Below are positions 1-10,038 of a stretch of DNA of 64,000 nucleotides, one piece after another. Position numbers and translations under genes: made by a program. The DNA comes from Alkalispirochaeta sp. Its GTDB lineage: Bacteria; Spirochaetota; Spirochaetia; DSM-27196; Alkalispirochaetaceae. The notes under the pieces are model-generated. The model was not told where the DNA came from. It worked only from the letters and a program-made list of their open reading frames with translations, and searched no databases. How positions within the stretch are numbered: the first letter of the stretch is position 1; each line of letters begins with the position of its first letter. Location: the NCBI GenBank assembly GCA_965601925.1, contig OZ271854.1, positions 1 to 64,000 on the forward strand, read 5' to 3'.

Positions 1-930
1 GGTGAACTTCCGATGATGGGCACGCGGCGCACATGGGTCCTGTGCGACCCGATTCCGATGGCGGAGACCGAAAGCGCATGGGCGCGCGTTTTGGCGTGGG
101 AGCCGCCCGACGGGATCTCCGGAGAGGAGATGGCGGCTGCGTTGGCGGGAGCCGAACGCGCGGACATTACCGCACCTTTAAGCGTTCATACCCCGCAGTG
201 GCTCAACTACAAACCGCTCACGGTCGAGAACCACCGTCGCGTCAACCAGTTCGAGTTCGGGTTGGGTCGCAACGCCAGTACGTGCGAGTCGAGCATTCAC
301 CTCGGTACTCATATGGACGGCGAGATCCATTTTTACAGTCCCGGGCGTACGATCGGCACCATGCCGCTGGATTACTGGTACGGACCCGGTGTCATAGCCG
401 ACATATCCGCTCGCGTATCGGACTCAAGTGTCTATACGCCCGAAATGATCGAAGAAGCGGTAGATCTCAGAGACGGCGATATCATGCTCATCAAAACCGG
501 ATACGCCCGCTACGGCTGGGCCAGTCCCGATTCCGACGAGTTTCGCTACATGATTCTCCATCCCGGGCCCTCACCGGACTTTGCCGAGTGGTGTCGAAAA
601 CGAAGAATCCGATGGATCGGCGTCGATACCGTCGCCGCCGACCACCCTATGAATACTATCGTCCGAGATTTTCATCCCACCAGCTTCGCTGCGGCGGACC
701 AAAAGGTGCGCGAACAGTTCGGCAAGAGTTGGGACGAGCTGTACCCCATAGACCACTACTATCAGGACATGCACTTAAACATGTTTCCGTTTGGGATCGT
801 GCATGCCGAAAACCTCGGCGGCGCAATCCTCGATCTTCCGGGGGGGCGGTATTTTGTCGCGGCGTCGGTGCCGCGGGCGGTCGAGGCCGAGACAATGTGG
901 GGCCGCTTCACCGTTTGGTCGGCGGAGTAA
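1..930 (+). CDS. Cyclase-family (kynurenine formamidase/isatin hydrolase-like) metal hydrolase, 5'-truncated, probably two tandem domains
   Basis: HxGTHxD motif (HLGTHMD), GVDTVAADHP and HAENLGG motifs; frame is open from base 1 and the first ~35 aa resemble the C-terminus of a preceding cyclase domain. Confidence 0.85.
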   Translation, partial: GELPMMGTRRTWVLCDPIPMAETESAWARVLAWEPPDGISGEEMAAALAGAERADITAPLSVHTPQWLNYKPLTVENHRRVNQFEFGLGRNASTCESSIHLGTHMDGEIHFYSPGRTIGTMPLDYWYGPGVIADISARVSDSSVYTPEMIEEAVDLRDGDIMLIKTGYARYGWASPDSDEFRYMILHPGPSPDFAEWCRKRRIRWIGVDTVAADHPMNTIVRDFHPTSFAAADQKVREQFGKSWDELYPIDHYYQDMHLNMFPFGIVHAENLGGAILDLPGGRYFVAASVPRAVEAETMWGRFTVWSAE

Positions 931-1010
931 CGTCCGACACATGCTCTCGCCACGTTTGAAAGAAAGGGCTACGTGCCCGCGAACAAAACAACTCACGCAA
1001 GGAGTATGGT

Positions 1011-2036
1011 ATGGAAGTAACGAAGTTTCACCGGTTTGCACTGCTCGCCGTATTGGCGCTGACGATGCCGATGAGTGTTTTTGCCGGGGGAGAGGGTGAG
1101 GCGACCGGCGATCAGATGCGTCTGGCCGTGGTCTTTCCCGGCTCGATTCAGGACGCCGATTATAACACGATCGGCTACACGGCGATGCAGGCCATCGGCG
1201 CGGAGTTCAACCTTGACACGGCCCTGTCGGAGCGGGTTGCCGTCCCCGACGCCGAACGCGTCCTGCGCGAGTACGCTACCGGCGATTTCGATGTGATATG
1301 GGTACACGGCTCGCAGTTCAACGGCGCCGCCAACACGGTAGCTCCCGACTACCCGGATGTAACATTCATCATCGAGGTGGACGTAGAACCGGTCGACCCG
1401 ATGCCCAACGTGTGGTATCTCGACCGTAACTTTCACTCCGGTTTCTACGTCTTGGGCGCGGTCGCCGCTCTGAAGAGCGAGACCGGGCGCGTCGGATACT
1501 TTACCGGTGTTCAGTTGCCCTTTGCCAACGAGGAGATCAACGCAATCTACCAAGCGTGGGACGACCTCGGCTTCGACGGCTCGCTCGACTATCTCTTTTT
1601 GGGCGACTTCAACGATCCGGTGCGTACAAGGCAGGCGGCCGAAGGCTTCGTCGCCCAGGGCGTCGATGTCATTATCAGTTCGGTAAATCTCGGTAACTAC
1701 GGTCTCTACAACGCGGTGAGCGATACCGACGCCGAAGTCTGGTTTACTACCAAGTACACGAGCAAGGAGGTACACGCTCCGGACAACTACCTTACTTCGG
1801 ATCTCTTCGACTTCACGCCCGCGCTGCGCGAGGTAATGAACGCCTACCTCGCCGGCGAGATGGGAGGATACACCGTACTGGAGTTTGCCGAAGGCGGGGC
1901 GCGATGGCTCGACTTTCCCATTCGCAATGTGGACGAGGCGACCAACGCAATGATTTACGAGATTGCCAGGGGCGTTGAGAGTGGCGAAATCGAGGTAATG
2001 CGTCGACAGGATACCGTCGCCGGCGGCGACCGATAG
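1011..2036 (+). CDS. BMP-family (nucleoside/purine-type) ABC transporter substrate-binding protein
   Basis: Signal peptide ending VFA-GG; PGSIQDADYN, GYFTG and GDFNDP motifs of the Bmp/PnrA family; AAGGAG RBS upstream. Confidence 0.88.
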   Translation: MEVTKFHRFALLAVLALTMPMSVFAGGEGEATGDQMRLAVVFPGSIQDADYNTIGYTAMQAIGAEFNLDTALSERVAVPDAERVLREYATGDFDVIWVHGSQFNGAANTVAPDYPDVTFIIEVDVEPVDPMPNVWYLDRNFHSGFYVLGAVAALKSETGRVGYFTGVQLPFANEEINAIYQAWDDLGFDGSLDYLFLGDFNDPVRTRQAAEGFVAQGVDVIISSVNLGNYGLYNAVSDTDAEVWFTTKYTSKEVHAPDNYLTSDLFDFTPALREVMNAYLAGEMGGYTVLEFAEGGARWLDFPIRNVDEATNAMIYEIARGVESGEIEVMRRQDTVAGGDR

Positions 2037-2043
2037 GGTACTC

Positions 2044-3657
2044 ATGATGAGCAACCGCGGTGCACGGCTCGCCGGCCTCCCCCGACCCACCGACGGCGGG
2101 CTCGGTGACGAGTCTCGTCCGGCCGTTGTGTATCTTAAGAGCGTCACGAAGCGCTTCGGCGGCGTCGCGGCACTCACCGACGTCGATTTCATCGTCACCC
2201 AGGGAGAGATACACGGCCTACTCGGAGAAAACGGCGCCGGCAAGTCGACGTTGATGAAAATCCTCTACGGCCTGTATCGGCCCGACGAGGGTGAGTTATA
2301 CATCGAGGGGCGCGCTTGTCGATTTAAGTCGCCCCACGATTCGATTCGGTACGGTGTCGGAATGGTTCATCAGGTGTCCACGCTCGTGCCCGAGTTCACC
2401 GCCGTGGAAAACATCATCCTCGGTGCGCCGGGACACCCCTTCACCCTGCCGCTGGCGGAGGCGCGGACCCGTGTTGAGGAACTCTGTACCTCCTTCGGGC
2501 TGGCGTTCCCTTTGGACGCTCGCGTGGGCGCACTCTCGGCGGGCCTCAAGCAAAAAGTCGAAATCGTTCGGGCCCTGTACCGCGGCGCGCGCATCCTGAT
2601 CCTCGACGAGCCGACCACCTCTTTAGTCGAAAGTGAGTTCCGGAGCCTCCTGGAGTCGCTCAAACGATTTGTAGCAAAGGGGCTGACCGTTGTGTTCATC
2701 ACCCACAAGATTCGGGAGGTCATGGAGTCGTGCAATGCGGTGACGGTCCTTCGTCGCGGTGAACTACAGGGACGTCTCAACCGCGATGAGCTGGACAAGG
2801 AGACGTTGGTGCGCTTGATGTTCTCAGAACGCACGATCGAAGTGACCGACAGCGCGCTGCCGACCATCGAACGCGGCGAAGTACCGCGCCGTGAGGCGCC
2901 GACGTTGTCATTTGTCGGCGCTTCGACCGCCGCGGGCGACACCGGCATCGGTCTGTCGGATTTGACACTTGACGTCCACGGCGGTGAGATTGTCGGAATC
3001 GCCGCAGTCAGCGGCAACGGTGAGAATGATTTGGCGGAGCTTGCCGTCAACCCAAAGCGCCTTACCGCGGGAGACATCATCCTACAGGGCGAGAGCATGC
3101 GAGGGCTCGGCACACTCGATGTGTTCGCTCGCGGCGTTTCATATACTCCCGAGGACCGTATCAGGGAGGGCGTCCTCAATGACGGGAGTATCGCGTTCAA
3201 TATGCTTTTGGGTCACCACCGCGACAAACGATACGTTCGCCGCGGTTTTGTAGACTGGCCGGCGGTGCGTGCCGCGGCGCAGCGCCAAGTGGCGATGTTC
3301 AACGTCGCAACACCGTCGATCGATTTGGCGATTCGTCGATTGTCCGGCGGTAATATTCAAAAGTCGATACTGGCGCGCGCATTCCTCGATGAGGTGCGTC
3401 TTTTGGTCACTCACAACCCTACGTCCGGGCTGGACATTGCCACCGTGGAGGCGATTTTTCGCCAATTGGAAGAGCGCAGACGGTCCGGGACCGCTATTTT
3501 GTGGATCAACGAGGACTTGGACGAGCTTATGAGCATGAGCGATCGAATCGCCGTGTTGTACAAAGGGCGCATCAACGGAGTATTCGAACGCGATACATTC
3601 GACAAGTATACGATTGGGCTCGCGATGCTGGGCGGAGAAGAAGAGGAGCACGTCTAA
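2044..3657 (+). CDS. ABC transporter ATP-binding protein, CUT2/nucleoside type (two NBDs)
   Basis: Walker A GENGAGKST, LILDEPT, second-domain LSGGNIQK. Confidence 0.92.
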   Translation: MMSNRGARLAGLPRPTDGGLGDESRPAVVYLKSVTKRFGGVAALTDVDFIVTQGEIHGLLGENGAGKSTLMKILYGLYRPDEGELYIEGRACRFKSPHDSIRYGVGMVHQVSTLVPEFTAVENIILGAPGHPFTLPLAEARTRVEELCTSFGLAFPLDARVGALSAGLKQKVEIVRALYRGARILILDEPTTSLVESEFRSLLESLKRFVAKGLTVVFITHKIREVMESCNAVTVLRRGELQGRLNRDELDKETLVRLMFSERTIEVTDSALPTIERGEVPRREAPTLSFVGASTAAGDTGIGLSDLTLDVHGGEIVGIAAVSGNGENDLAELAVNPKRLTAGDIILQGESMRGLGTLDVFARGVSYTPEDRIREGVLNDGSIAFNMLLGHHRDKRYVRRGFVDWPAVRAAAQRQVAMFNVATPSIDLAIRRLSGGNIQKSILARAFLDEVRLLVTHNPTSGLDIATVEAIFRQLEERRRSGTAILWINEDLDELMSMSDRIAVLYKGRINGVFERDTFDKYTIGLAMLGGEEEEHV

Positions 3658-4700
3658 TGGCGGCGCCATCCCTCAAACGAATGTCTCCCGCCCTGGCGTA
3701 CCTCGTCGCGATTGGCGCGGCGTTCACCGTCACGCTTATTCTCATCGCCACGCTCGGATTCAGTCCCGCGCGAGCGCTACGAACGCTGGTGACGACCTCG
3801 TTTCGCACCGGGTTCGGATTCCAGGAGACGATGAAGAAGGCGGTGCCGCTGGTATTCACTACATACGCCTTCACGATCCCTTTTATGATCAAGTTCTTCA
3901 ATATCGGGGCCTGGGGACAGATGCTCTTCGGCGCGACGCTCACCGCGGTTGTCGGCTTGGTGATCGCACCGCTCGGCGTGCCCAACGTGCTCTTGGTACC
4001 GGTGCTCTTGAGCGTCGGTGCGCTCTCGGGAGGAGCACTTGCCCTCGTGTCCGGATGGCTCAAGGCGCGCTTCGATATCAACCCGATCATTTCTACGATC
4101 ATGTCGAACTACGTCGCCCTCTACTTCTTGAACTTTGTAGCGACCTCACCTCCCTTTCGCGATCTCACCGAGGGACATCCCATGACCGTGCGTCTTCCGG
4201 AGAACGCACTCATCGGTTCGGTCGCCGCCGTTCCCCTGTCCGTGGTGCCCGCAGGCCTCGCGGCGGTGTTCGTGTGGCTGTTTCTATCACGCACACGCCT
4301 GGGGTATGAGATATCGGCCGTCGGACTCAATAAGCGCGCCGCGGAAACCTACGGCATCAACTTTGCCGCAACGATTCTTATGACATTTTTTATCGGTGGC
4401 GCCCTCGCCGGCATGGGCGGCGCTATTGAAGTTCTGGCGACGCAACAACGCCTCATAGAGGGCTTCGCGACGACCAGCGGTGCCCAATACGGCATGTTCG
4501 GCATCGTGACCGCGTTAATCGTCAACGCCAACCCCGTTGCGGTACCATTTGCCGCCTTCCTCATGGCGGTTCTGCTGGTCGGCGCCGACGCGCTCCAACG
4601 CACGATGCAGGTCCCGGTTGAGATCGTCTTTCTCGCACAGGCTCTCATGGTGCTCTTTGTCGTGGTAACTCGCGAACGTTTTTCAGGAGGAGGGGCATGA
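3657..4700 (+). CDS. ABC transporter permease (nucleoside type, BPD_transp_2)
   Basis: ATG overlaps the upstream TAA; FNIGAWGQ and RTRLGYEISAVGLN motifs; multiple TM segments. Confidence 0.9.
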   Translation: MAAPSLKRMSPALAYLVAIGAAFTVTLILIATLGFSPARALRTLVTTSFRTGFGFQETMKKAVPLVFTTYAFTIPFMIKFFNIGAWGQMLFGATLTAVVGLVIAPLGVPNVLLVPVLLSVGALSGGALALVSGWLKARFDINPIISTIMSNYVALYFLNFVATSPPFRDLTEGHPMTVRLPENALIGSVAAVPLSVVPAGLAAVFVWLFLSRTRLGYEISAVGLNKRAAETYGINFAATILMTFFIGGALAGMGGAIEVLATQQRLIEGFATTSGAQYGMFGIVTALIVNANPVAVPFAAFLMAVLLVGADALQRTMQVPVEIVFLAQALMVLFVVVTRERFSGGGA

Positions 4701-5614
4701 TCGGAGGAATCTCGGCCGTGATTGAGCAGATCATCGTATACTCGACGATCTACGCCCTGGTTGCCCTCGGTATCGTAGTCGGTGGACGGGCCGGAATCTT
4801 CAACGTCGGAGGCGAGGGCATCATGCTGGCGTCCGCATCGGCGGGTTTCCTGGCCGCTTTTTTCACCGAGAGCTGGGTCCTCGGTTTTGTGACCGGAGGA
4901 CTCATGGGAGCGGCCCTCGGGCTCGGGCTTGCATTACTCCACGAGTACTTGCGCGTGAACCAGTTCATCGCGGGGATTTTCATCGTGATTTTCGGGACCG
5001 GGCTGTCCGATTTGATGTATAAGCTCATTATCGGCGTGCGACTCCAGGCGCCCCAGGCCCCGGACATGCCGGAGGTGTCGGTGCCGATTATTCGCGATAT
5101 CCCAATCGTGCGCGCATTTTTCAACCAGGATCCCATCGTATATTTCATGTACCTCGTGACGTTCGGGGCGTGGTGGTTTTTTTACCGAACACGCCTCGGC
5201 TTCGAAACTCGAGCAATCGGCGAGGTGCCGCGCGCGGCCGACGTCGTGGGTGTGAACGTCCGTGGACGACGAATCGCCGCTGCGACCGCAGGTGCAGCCC
5301 TCATGGGCGTCGCCGGGGCCTATCTCCCGATCTTCGTCACCGGGACCTACAATCCGAACATTTCGGCCGGACGCGGATTTATGGCCATCGGTATCGCGAT
5401 CTTCGCGGCGTGGAAACCACATCGCACGCTCCTGGGAGGATTTCTCTTTGCGACGGTTGAGGTACTCTCCTATCAGTTTCAGCTTTCCCTGCCCGGCGTC
5501 CCGTTTCAGTTTTTCCTGATGCTTCCGTTCCTGTCGGTCATCGCGATTATGATCGTGTTTCGTCGCTACATAGAGTTTCCGGCTTCCATCGGCAAACCGT
5601 ACCATAGAGAGTAG
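4697..5614 (+). CDS. ABC transporter permease (nucleoside type)
   Basis: RAGIFNVGGEGIM and AGRGFMAIGIAIFAAWKP motifs; ATGA overlap. Confidence 0.9.
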   Translation: MIGGISAVIEQIIVYSTIYALVALGIVVGGRAGIFNVGGEGIMLASASAGFLAAFFTESWVLGFVTGGLMGAALGLGLALLHEYLRVNQFIAGIFIVIFGTGLSDLMYKLIIGVRLQAPQAPDMPEVSVPIIRDIPIVRAFFNQDPIVYFMYLVTFGAWWFFYRTRLGFETRAIGEVPRAADVVGVNVRGRRIAAATAGAALMGVAGAYLPIFVTGTYNPNISAGRGFMAIGIAIFAAWKPHRTLLGGFLFATVEVLSYQFQLSLPGVPFQFFLMLPFLSVIAIMIVFRRYIEFPASIGKPYHRE

Positions 5615-5624
5615 GTAAACACGC

Positions 5625-7433
5625 GTGAAAACTGTCCATATTGAATTAGGCGCTTACTACGATTCCGTGCACCTCATGCACGTATCCACGGAAGTGGAGG
5701 CGCTCGACGGCGTAACACGGGCCCTGGTGGCTATGGCGACGGAGTCCAACCGCGCGCTTGCCGCTTCCCTGGGATTCGACGTGCCGTCGGGGGTGGAAGC
5801 CGATGATATGCTTGTCGCGATCGATCACGACGACACGCTGGACTCGCAGCATCTCATCGATGCGGCGCGCACGATCATGCAAACCCGGACCGGCTCGCGC
5901 GATCACGACTATCGACCGCATACCGTTGAGCGCGCGTTGGACGAACTTCCCGACGCACATCTCGTGGTGGTATCGGTGGCGGGGACGTATGCCGCGCGAG
6001 AGGTTGAAAAAGCGATCAATCGCGGCCGGCATGTGATGGTATTCTCCGACAACGTATCCCCGGACGACGAGGTGCAACTCAAGATGAGGGCGGCGCAAAA
6101 GGGTCTTCTGGTGATGGGACCGGATTGCGGTACCGCAATCGTGAACGGCGTGCCGTTGTGCTTCGCGAATGTAGTGCGGCGTGGTACCGTCGGCATCGTC
6201 GCCGCCTCGGGAACGGGCCTACAGGAGGTCGCCAGTCGTGTACACAATCTCGGCGGTGGGGTGAGTCAAGCCATCGGCACCGGCGGTCGCGATCTCAAGC
6301 TGCCGGCGGCGGGCGGTATAACCACGCGCATGGGAGTTCGAGCGCTCGATGCCGACGAGGCCACATCGGTGATAGTCGTCGTTTCCAAACCGCCTCATCC
6401 CGAAGTCGCCGAGGCGCTCCTGGAGAGTCTTGCGACCGCGACGAAGCCTGTGGTCCTCCATTTTGTCGGTGGCATTCCCGATCACTTCACGATTCCCCGC
6501 GGTGTAACCGTGGCACACACTCTCGCCGAGACCGCCGAATACGCACTCGACGGTAACCGCGGAGAACCACCACCGACGGGGGAGCAATCCCGTTTGGAGA
6601 AAGAGGGTGGGCGCGAACCTTTGAAACGGGCTCGCAAGGCCGCACAGACGATCGTTGGTAACCGTCGCTATCTACGAGGACTCTTCTGCGGTGGTACTCT
6701 CGCCGATGAGCTGATTGCGATTGCCGGCGCTCGACTGGGGACGATAGCATCGGTCGGCGGCTCAGTGTGGGGCCGCGCCTTGGCCGATCCACGTGTAAGC
6801 GAAGCGCATACCGTGGTCGACCTCGGAGAGGACGTATTCACCGAGGGGCGTCCGCATCCCATGATCGATCCTACCGTTCGTCTCGAGCGCTTGGCGCGGG
6901 AAGCGACGGACTCGGAGACCGCGGTAATCGTCATGGATTTCGTGCTGGGCACCGGCTCCCACCCCGATCCGGTGGGCATTACAATACCCGCAATTGAGGC
7001 GGCGCGCGCCGAGGCGGGCGACAGAGGCCCGGTCTGGATCGCGACGGTCGTCGGTACCGACGATGATCCCCAGGACCGCTCGGTCTCGGAGCGGGCGCTG
7101 GAGCGCGCAGGGGTGATAGTGGCGGATTCCAACGCCGAGGCCGCGGAACTCGCCTGCGTCGTCTTAGGTGCAGCCGAAGTGTCCGCACCGATGGTGCGCG
7201 GGGCTCCGCATACGGGCGACGACTCCGAAGCCGAAGCGACGTCGTCCGCGGAGCGTGCGCCGGCGCTCGCGCGTCCCCTGTTTGCCCATGATCCGGCGTT
7301 CGTCAACGTCGGTGTTGCTGAGTTTGCAGCCGCCATGCGCTCGGCGGGCGCGCGGGTGGTGGATGTCGACTGGCGTCCGCCGGCTCGAGGGAATGCCCGC
7401 ATGGCGGATTTGCTCAAGAGACTCGGAAGATAG
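5625..7433 (+). CDS. fdrA: FdrA-family acyl-CoA synthetase-like protein
   Basis: YYDSVHLM N-terminus, FSDNV, MGPDCGTA, GTGGRDL, GLFCGGTL, GRPHPMIDP and C-terminal VDWRPPARGN motifs. Confidence 0.9.
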   Translation: MKTVHIELGAYYDSVHLMHVSTEVEALDGVTRALVAMATESNRALAASLGFDVPSGVEADDMLVAIDHDDTLDSQHLIDAARTIMQTRTGSRDHDYRPHTVERALDELPDAHLVVVSVAGTYAAREVEKAINRGRHVMVFSDNVSPDDEVQLKMRAAQKGLLVMGPDCGTAIVNGVPLCFANVVRRGTVGIVAASGTGLQEVASRVHNLGGGVSQAIGTGGRDLKLPAAGGITTRMGVRALDADEATSVIVVVSKPPHPEVAEALLESLATATKPVVLHFVGGIPDHFTIPRGVTVAHTLAETAEYALDGNRGEPPPTGEQSRLEKEGGREPLKRARKAAQTIVGNRRYLRGLFCGGTLADELIAIAGARLGTIASVGGSVWGRALADPRVSEAHTVVDLGEDVFTEGRPHPMIDPTVRLERLAREATDSETAVIVMDFVLGTGSHPDPVGITIPAIEAARAEAGDRGPVWIATVVGTDDDPQDRSVSERALERAGVIVADSNAEAAELACVVLGAAEVSAPMVRGAPHTGDDSEAEATSSAERAPALARPLFAHDPAFVNVGVAEFAAAMRSAGARVVDVDWRPPARGNARMADLLKRLGR

Positions 7434-7434
7434 C

Positions 7435-8745
7435 ATGGGTCCTCTCACGTGTGTATCGAATAGACTCGGCGACTGGTCTGGGGTGAGCGGGTCCGATCGT
7501 GATCTGCTTGCAGCGCGCACCACGGAGGCGATCGCGCTCTTGGAACCTGAGATTAAGGCGTTTGTGCCGGGGTCGCTCGATGTCTCCGCCGTGCAGCGGA
7601 CGTCCGAGGGCGACCCCGACGCGCCGTTTGCGGGAGCCCCGGTGGCGATAAAAGAGATCATTGCGGTCAAGAATATGTCCCGGCGGGCAGGGTCGACGCT
7701 ACCGCCGGAGGCGTTTTCTCCCCGCGAGGCGTCCATCGTAGCGCGTCTTCGCGCCCTTGGGTTGGTACCCATAGGGCACGCGGTCAGCACGGAGTTTGCT
7801 TACTTTCATCCCGGGCCGACACGCAACCCACGCAATACGGCCCATACCCCGGGGGGATCGAGTAGCGGAAGCGCGGCGGCGGTAGCCGCGGGCATGTGCC
7901 CCGTCGCCGTCGGTACGCAAACCATCGGCAGCGTCATTCGTCCCGCCTCGTTTTGCGGCATTGTGGGGTACAAGCCGAGTTTCGGGCACCTCGCACGCGA
8001 CGGCGTTTACCCCGTCTCGCGTACCGTCGATCATCTCGGTTTTTTCTCGCAGGACCTCGATGGAATGCAGCGGCTGGCAGCCACCCTCGCGTGTCCCGGT
8101 TTGGCTCCTCAAACGAGGTCCGAGGGGACGTCGGAGCATCGCGCTCTGGAGGTGCGTGTGTGCGGCGGGCCCTATGTTGAGCAGGGAGACGCCACAATAA
8201 TACGAGCCCTTGCCGTCGTGGCCGACGCACTACGCCACGCCGGGGCGTCGATTACCATCGATCCGATATTCTCAAATATCGGGCGAATCAATACGCACCA
8301 CCGCAGAATCATGGCGCGTGACTTTTTCCACGCCCATGCGGCGCTCTTCCGCGCGTGGGGCGATCGGTACCGAGCGCAGTCTCGCGAGTTGTACGAAGAG
8401 GGTGCGGCGGTCTCCGTGGAGGATTACGAACAGTCGCTGGCCGAGCGGGAGAGCGAGATAGCGACGTTTGACGAGGCCTCGGCACACGGCACCCGTCCAA
8501 TCGTATGGTTGTCGCCCGCCGCGGCCGGTGCGGCACCCACCGGGCTTGAGAGCACCGGCAGTCCACTCCTCAACCTCCCGTGGACGCATGTAGGTGCGCC
8601 GGTACTCACCCTGCCCATGGCACTCGACGAGGCAAGTGGACTGCCTCTGGGCCTACAGATCGCCGCACCGAGAGGACGCGATGATCTTGTGTTTGCCGCC
8701 GCCCGACTCGTCGCCGCGACGGTGGGCGACGGTGCGGTTCGGTAG
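7435..8745 (+). CDS. Amidase-signature family amidase
   Basis: GGSSSGSAAAVA and GTQTIGSVIRPASFCG signature; catalytic Lys in VAIKE. Confidence 0.9.
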   Translation: MGPLTCVSNRLGDWSGVSGSDRDLLAARTTEAIALLEPEIKAFVPGSLDVSAVQRTSEGDPDAPFAGAPVAIKEIIAVKNMSRRAGSTLPPEAFSPREASIVARLRALGLVPIGHAVSTEFAYFHPGPTRNPRNTAHTPGGSSSGSAAAVAAGMCPVAVGTQTIGSVIRPASFCGIVGYKPSFGHLARDGVYPVSRTVDHLGFFSQDLDGMQRLAATLACPGLAPQTRSEGTSEHRALEVRVCGGPYVEQGDATIIRALAVVADALRHAGASITIDPIFSNIGRINTHHRRIMARDFFHAHAALFRAWGDRYRAQSRELYEEGAAVSVEDYEQSLAERESEIATFDEASAHGTRPIVWLSPAAAGAAPTGLESTGSPLLNLPWTHVGAPVLTLPMALDEASGLPLGLQIAAPRGRDDLVFAAARLVAATVGDGAVR

Positions 8746-9742
8746 CGCATCCGTGGGCACGTTTTTGCATCGCAACTGGTTTGTTGTCGCTCTGATACTG
8801 GGGGTGTGCCTCGCCGGGGTACTGCGCGTACCCATTGCAACCGTAGATCCCGGTGCCGGTACCCGAGACGCGATCCGCGATTGGACGGTTATTACGATAT
8901 TTGTGCTCATCGGTATGTCGCTTCCCAGCGAGCGCATTCTTCCCAGCCTTGTGCGGTTGCGCGTGCATCTCCTCTTTCAAGCTTCGATTTTTGTCGTGAT
9001 GCCTCTGGCGGTGACGGCCATGGTCGCCGCGGCGCGCGGATCATTGTTGACCGAGGGAGTGGTCGTGGGGCTGTACGCCGTTGCAGTTCTGCCGACTACC
9101 GGTTCGAGTTGCGTCGTGTTTACGCAAGCTGCACGCGGTGACGTCGTGATTGCCACGGCTAACGCGGCGATTGCGAACACCGCGGGAATACTACTATCGC
9201 CGGTGTTGTTGTCGATTCTGCTCGGTACACAGGGTCGGGCTATGCCGAACGCGCAACTTTTCGCCGTTATACAAGGTTTGGCGATCCGAATGCTTCTTCC
9301 CCTGGTCGTCGGCCAACTCCTGCGTGCTACCAACCGCGCTAAGGTCGCGGCGGGCGAGGCGCGGCTCCGCGACGGCTCCGCCGCACTCATCGTAGTCGTC
9401 GTCTTCTTGAGCACCAGCGCCGCGTTGGACGCAGGTTTCGGCGATCTGCTGTCCGCGAGTATGGCGGCGGGGATCGCACTATTGGGACTTCTGCACGTCG
9501 CGCTTTTGCCGCTACTCTACCGCGCCGGAGCATTCTTCTCACTCTCGCACGAGGAGCGCGTGGCGTTAGTCTTTACCGGGTCTCAGAAAACCTTGGCCTT
9601 AGGCGCTCCGCTGCTATCGCTTTACTTCGCCGATCGTCCCGATCTATTTGCATCGGCTCTCGTTCCGTTAATGTTCTATCACCTCTGGCAGTTGGTAGTG
9701 GGCGGCTTTGCTCGCAATCGGCTACTCGCGATCGCTTCTTAG
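8732..9742 (+). CDS. Bile acid:Na+ symporter (SBF-like/YfeH) family transporter; start approximate
   Basis: LPTTGSSCVVFT, GSQKTLALGAPL and PLMFYHLWQL motifs; about 10 TM segments. Confidence 0.85.
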   Translation: MRFGSASVGTFLHRNWFVVALILGVCLAGVLRVPIATVDPGAGTRDAIRDWTVITIFVLIGMSLPSERILPSLVRLRVHLLFQASIFVVMPLAVTAMVAAARGSLLTEGVVVGLYAVAVLPTTGSSCVVFTQAARGDVVIATANAAIANTAGILLSPVLLSILLGTQGRAMPNAQLFAVIQGLAIRMLLPLVVGQLLRATNRAKVAAGEARLRDGSAALIVVVVFLSTSAALDAGFGDLLSASMAAGIALLGLLHVALLPLLYRAGAFFSLSHEERVALVFTGSQKTLALGAPLLSLYFADRPDLFASALVPLMFYHLWQLVVGGFARNRLLAIAS

Positions 9743-9809
9743 AAGCGACACTTCGATATTTTTATATAATATCGAATAATATTATTTCTCCATCGAAAAC
9801 ACACAAGAA

Positions 9810-9990
9810 CTGCGAAATCAACTCGATGGTCTCCGACGCTCACCGGGGACTCGAGAATACCACCGCGAAGGCGTTCGGGACGAAGTGGTCCCGGTACCCG
9901 GTGCGCTGCATGAAGAACGCACTCGGTATCCTCCGAGCGCCGGGGCGCATCGGATTTCTCGTGTCGCAAGGTCCGCCGGAGACGACCCGC
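9810..9990 (+). pseudogene. Eroded IS256-family (Mutator) transposase fragment
   Basis: VSDAHRGLENTTAKAFGTKWSRYPVRCMKNAL resembles the IS256 consensus ISDAHxGLxxAIxxVFxxAxWQRCxVHFxRNxL; catalytic-region CxxH is degenerate; no full ORF. Confidence 0.65.
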
Positions 9991-10038
9991 ACGTTCTTCT
10001 TTCCGGCTACTCAGCACCTGTACGGCATACGTGCGGCG

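Noticed and set aside
993..2243. Long antisense and alternate-frame ORFs here and elsewhere (e.g. 48554-49870, 60324-61295, 61529-63853)
   Set aside because: Shadow ORFs expected at high GC opposite well-supported genes; no motifs
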